Source: Gracilinanus agilis (lineage: Eukaryota). From it: a stretch of 64,000 nt of DNA. The stretch is taken from contig NC_058134.1 in the NCBI RefSeq assembly GCF_016433145.1, positions 304,847,151-304,911,150 of the forward strand. Reading direction: 5' to 3'. A program made the position numbers and the translations under genes. This document shows positions 60,786 through 64,000 of this stretch, in pieces (positions within the stretch are counted from its first letter, which is position 1; every line of letters begins with the position of its first letter). The notes under the pieces were generated by a model that was not told the origin of the DNA, did not search any database, and saw nothing but the letters and a program-made list of their open reading frames with translations.

Positions 60786-61267
60786 TTAAAGAAACAAAAG
60801 AAATCAGGGCAGATTCAGACCTTCAGAAGAGGACACAAAACAGGCTGAACTTCTTTCACTTACTAAGCCTCTTTAGAGGCCAAACCTTACTGGCTTCTTA
60901 AATGTGAGGGTTTTCTTGATGACTATTAAAAAATTTTTCTTAATCAACAGCATTTATACATATACAAAGAGAACCAGCCCATACTGTTGCTGAGATGTGA
61001 GAGTGCCATTCAGGTGGCAGCAGCGACGTCCAGGACCAGCCCAGCCATCTTCACAGGGACTGCCATCAAGGTCCTCCCCAAATATTCTGATGCCTCACAC
61101 AATGTTTGAAATGAAGGCGTGGAAATGTTAGTTTTGCTGAAATGAATTCTAACCATGGGATAGGACGGAGATCTCCAATCAAACCTACTTTTCAAAAGTT
61201 TTACTTTCTTTTCAAATGTGTAAGGAACATAAGCTACTGAAAAGAGATTTATAAAAAGAACCATGAG

Positions 61268-61504
61268 GGGCACGTAAGTGACTCAGAGGATAGAGAACCG
61301 GGCCTGGAGTTAGAGGATCCTTCCTGAACCACAGACTCCATTACTGGGCTTATAAATAAGCTCAAACACTGGCTATGTGACCCTGGACAAGTTATCTTCC
61401 CCACTGCCTAGCCTTTACTGCTCTTTTGCATTGGAATCAATACATGGTATTGATTCTAAAAGGATATGGGTTTTTACGAATTAAAAAATTATTAAAATAA
61501 ACAA
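61268..61504 (+). mobile_element. Didelphid SINE with an internal foreign insert
   Basis: SINE head and tail; TSD ataaaaagaaccatgag (61251-61267) / ataaagagaaccatgag (61505-61521). Confidence 0.85.
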
Positions 61505-62626
61505 ATAAAGAGAACCATGAGTTGCTTTGGATGAAAAGGGGTCAAAGGGCTCGCTTCGGGGGGGGGGGGGTGCAGCAAATTACACCAATTTAGAAATTTT
61601 AGGGTTAGAAATTACACCAGACACAGTAACATGGGGGGGTGGCACACCGAATAAGAGTCAAACATCAGCCAAGGGCAAAGTTGAATGGAGCCCCAAAAGA
61701 AAGTCAAGATCAATGGACAAAGGAAAAGATGGAGATCACGGAGAAAGAGGCCAAACCTTACTAGGCACACATTGCAGCCACAAGGATCTCTCCCTGACCT
61801 ATTCAGATCAGGTTCAACAGTTCCAATAAGGTTTTTGAGTCCCCTCCCTCACCCAATAAAAGCAAGAAGAATTCCTAGATAAATGAGATGGACAGGACTG
61901 GAACCCCCTGGAAACCTCAAACAAACAGGTGTGTGCATAGTTTAAGCTTAATTGCGCAGGCTCAAAGGGCATGGAACAGCAGAGGAGTGCCTATGCTTGA
62001 ATCAAAGGTCAACTCTGGGCAAATTAGATCCATTCCCCACTTTGCCGGCTGACTCTAGAAAACTCCAAATAAAGACGCAGTAACTATCTATCTCTTGGTG
62101 TCACAGAACATCCCATCTCCTGAGAGCAGCAGGATCCAAGCTCTCAATCAAAGCCATTTGCTACAGCCAATTCCTGGTGCTCTCAGATAGGGGCCACTCT
62201 GAGGGCTCATACCGTCTAGTGGCCAAGTCTTGGCTAGCAAGTGAGTTCCAGTTCACATATGGGAACCAGGAGACCCAGGCTGAAAGGGAGAGAAACCCAG
62301 AAATCTCTCTCAAGGTCAGGCTGAGCCCAAAGTTGCTCCAGTGATGACTAGTCAGCAGGCATAAGCACTCATTCCTCTCATTCAGTCACTGAAAGCACAA
62401 TATGGGCCTGGGAACCAGACAGAGCATGGTGACATTTGCAATCTGGAGAGGGCCAGTATCAAACCAAGGGTGGGTGAGACTGACTGCCTGGCACTAAATT
62501 CCAGTGAATGCCATCATCTAGTAAGATTACCAGATGCCAACCTTAACAGCTTTAACGCAAGAGGACCAAAATCAGGGACTAGTTTCTCCACCTCGACTAT
62601 CGCATAAGCTCAAAACTAACATGACA

Positions 62627-62819
62627 GGGGGCAGCTGGGTAGCTCAGTGGAGTGAGAGTCAGGCCTAGAGACAGGAGGTCCTGGGTTCAAACCCGGCCTC
62701 AGCCACTTCCCAGCTGTGTGACCCTGGGCAAGTCACTTGACCCCCATTGCCCACCCTTACCACTCTTCCACCTATGAGACAATACACCGAAGTACAAGAG
62801 TTAAAAAAAAAAAAAAAAC
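62627..62819 (+). mobile_element. Young didelphid SINE (ccacctat-tail subfamily)
   Basis: Full head; TSD ctaacatgaca (62616-62626 / 62820-62830). Confidence 0.95.
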
Positions 62820-64000
62820 CTAACATGACAAGAAAAGTGAACCTGACAGTGTTCTGCTGCCCAGGGTAGGGCAGGAGCCCAGGCTTTGAAGGCCTTCCTG
62901 GGAGGTTGGCAAACCATTATTAGAAAGTGTGTAGACAAAGAGCCAAAGGCTGCCGCAATCTTCCAAGGACAGAAGAGAGAACTGAGAGGCCCAGTTTGAA
63001 TCTCTTTAATCCCTCCTTGAAGCCTGTCCCTCTCTCTCACCCTGAGGGACGCTCAGGGACACCCAAGACCCAGAGTCAGCCTTCTTGAGCAGCGCACTCC
63101 TACAGATCTCCAGGAAGGATCTCTTAGTACTCAAGCTTCATGAATTCTGAGCTGAAGGCATTCATGAAGTTTTAACTCTCGACTGACATTAGGTATCTGC
63201 CAGGGGAGGAGGAGGGGGCCGGGTGTTTCCCACTCTACCCCCACCTTTGAAAACAATGAACAATGAGCCCCAAGTAGGTTACGACTCAGTCCTGGTTCCA
63301 AGGTCTCGGAGGCCAGGGTGAAGCCAGGGCTCTGGACCCCTGATTTCTGAGGCAGGTCATATTCCGACCTTTAAACGACATGGCTTCCAATTACCACTAC
63401 CATCCAAGGCAGGGCTGAGATTACAGCAATGACTTGACACAAGTCAATACTGGCCCATCAGAAACAATGGAAGCCAGTGAACTCTCGTTAAGAATTAGGA
63501 CAGAGTGAAGCTTCTTAAAAAGCCAAAAATAACAAGGTGAGCTGTACAAGAGAATGCTGCTCAACCTGCTGAACTTCAATGAGTAAAGCGAACACATAAT
63601 TAAGCCCATTCTTCTGCCGAAATTTGTTCACAGCAAACTAGAAAGGTGGGCAACACAGCAGCCCCTTTTCCTCAGGGTAGCCTCCCCTCTTCACTAAAAT
63701 CTACCTACCAGAAGTCCTTCCAGCTCCTGCCCCTGGCCTCTACCTCTCCCCTAATTACCAGGGTCAGGACAACTGTTCTGAATGCAGGGCAGCATGTGTG
63801 CCCTAAGTGGGAAACTGCTCCACAGAAAGGATGTCTTAAGATTGATCCTACATAAACACAAACACGATTCGGCCAAGGGCCTTCCGACAAAGGACTGTGG
63901 CAAACCACTCCTGCTGATCCTTTCATTAGTCAAGGCTAATCACCTGTTCCATTCACGCCTCCAAACATACCGGAGGCCACCTGGGAGGCACTGTCCCAGC

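Noticed and set aside
58700-64000. Search for the next upstream BRD1 exon (recalled RLNRIANQ...LQSQR)
   Set aside because: Not found in the window; presumably lies beyond position 64000.

Overview
Eukaryotic (marsupial) genomic DNA, most likely a didelphid opossum such as Monodelphis, inferred from the SINE, MAR1 and L1 repertoire. The main feature is the 3' part of BRD1 (BRPF2, bromodomain/PWWP scaffold of the HBO1 acetyltransferase complex) on the minus strand. Ten coding exons lie between 58679 and the TAG stop at 15523. Every visible junction is GT-AG with consistent phase; the exon-7 acceptors fall inside N gaps. The 5' exons lie beyond the window end. A 3' UTR with tandem polyA signals runs to about 13.9 kb. 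The rest is intron or intergenic DNA with SINEs, L1/L2/MIR/MAR1 fragments, one solo LTR, one hAT MITE, microsatellites and four N gaps. There are no rRNA, tRNA or CRISPR features, and almost all ORF-track entries are spurious. I found no proven new system. The best leads are: a possible TE-shattered fossil exon of about 1.15 kb in BRD1 intron 9 that starts at a recursive-splice-like site; an 86-nt candidate poison exon just upstream of long exon 7; three L1 inserts sharing one 5' breakpoint; a phase-compatible chain of cryptic exons downstream of BRD1; an inverted SINE hairpin; and a sense-oriented LTR. Exon numbers and human comparisons come from my recall of human BRD1 and were not computed.
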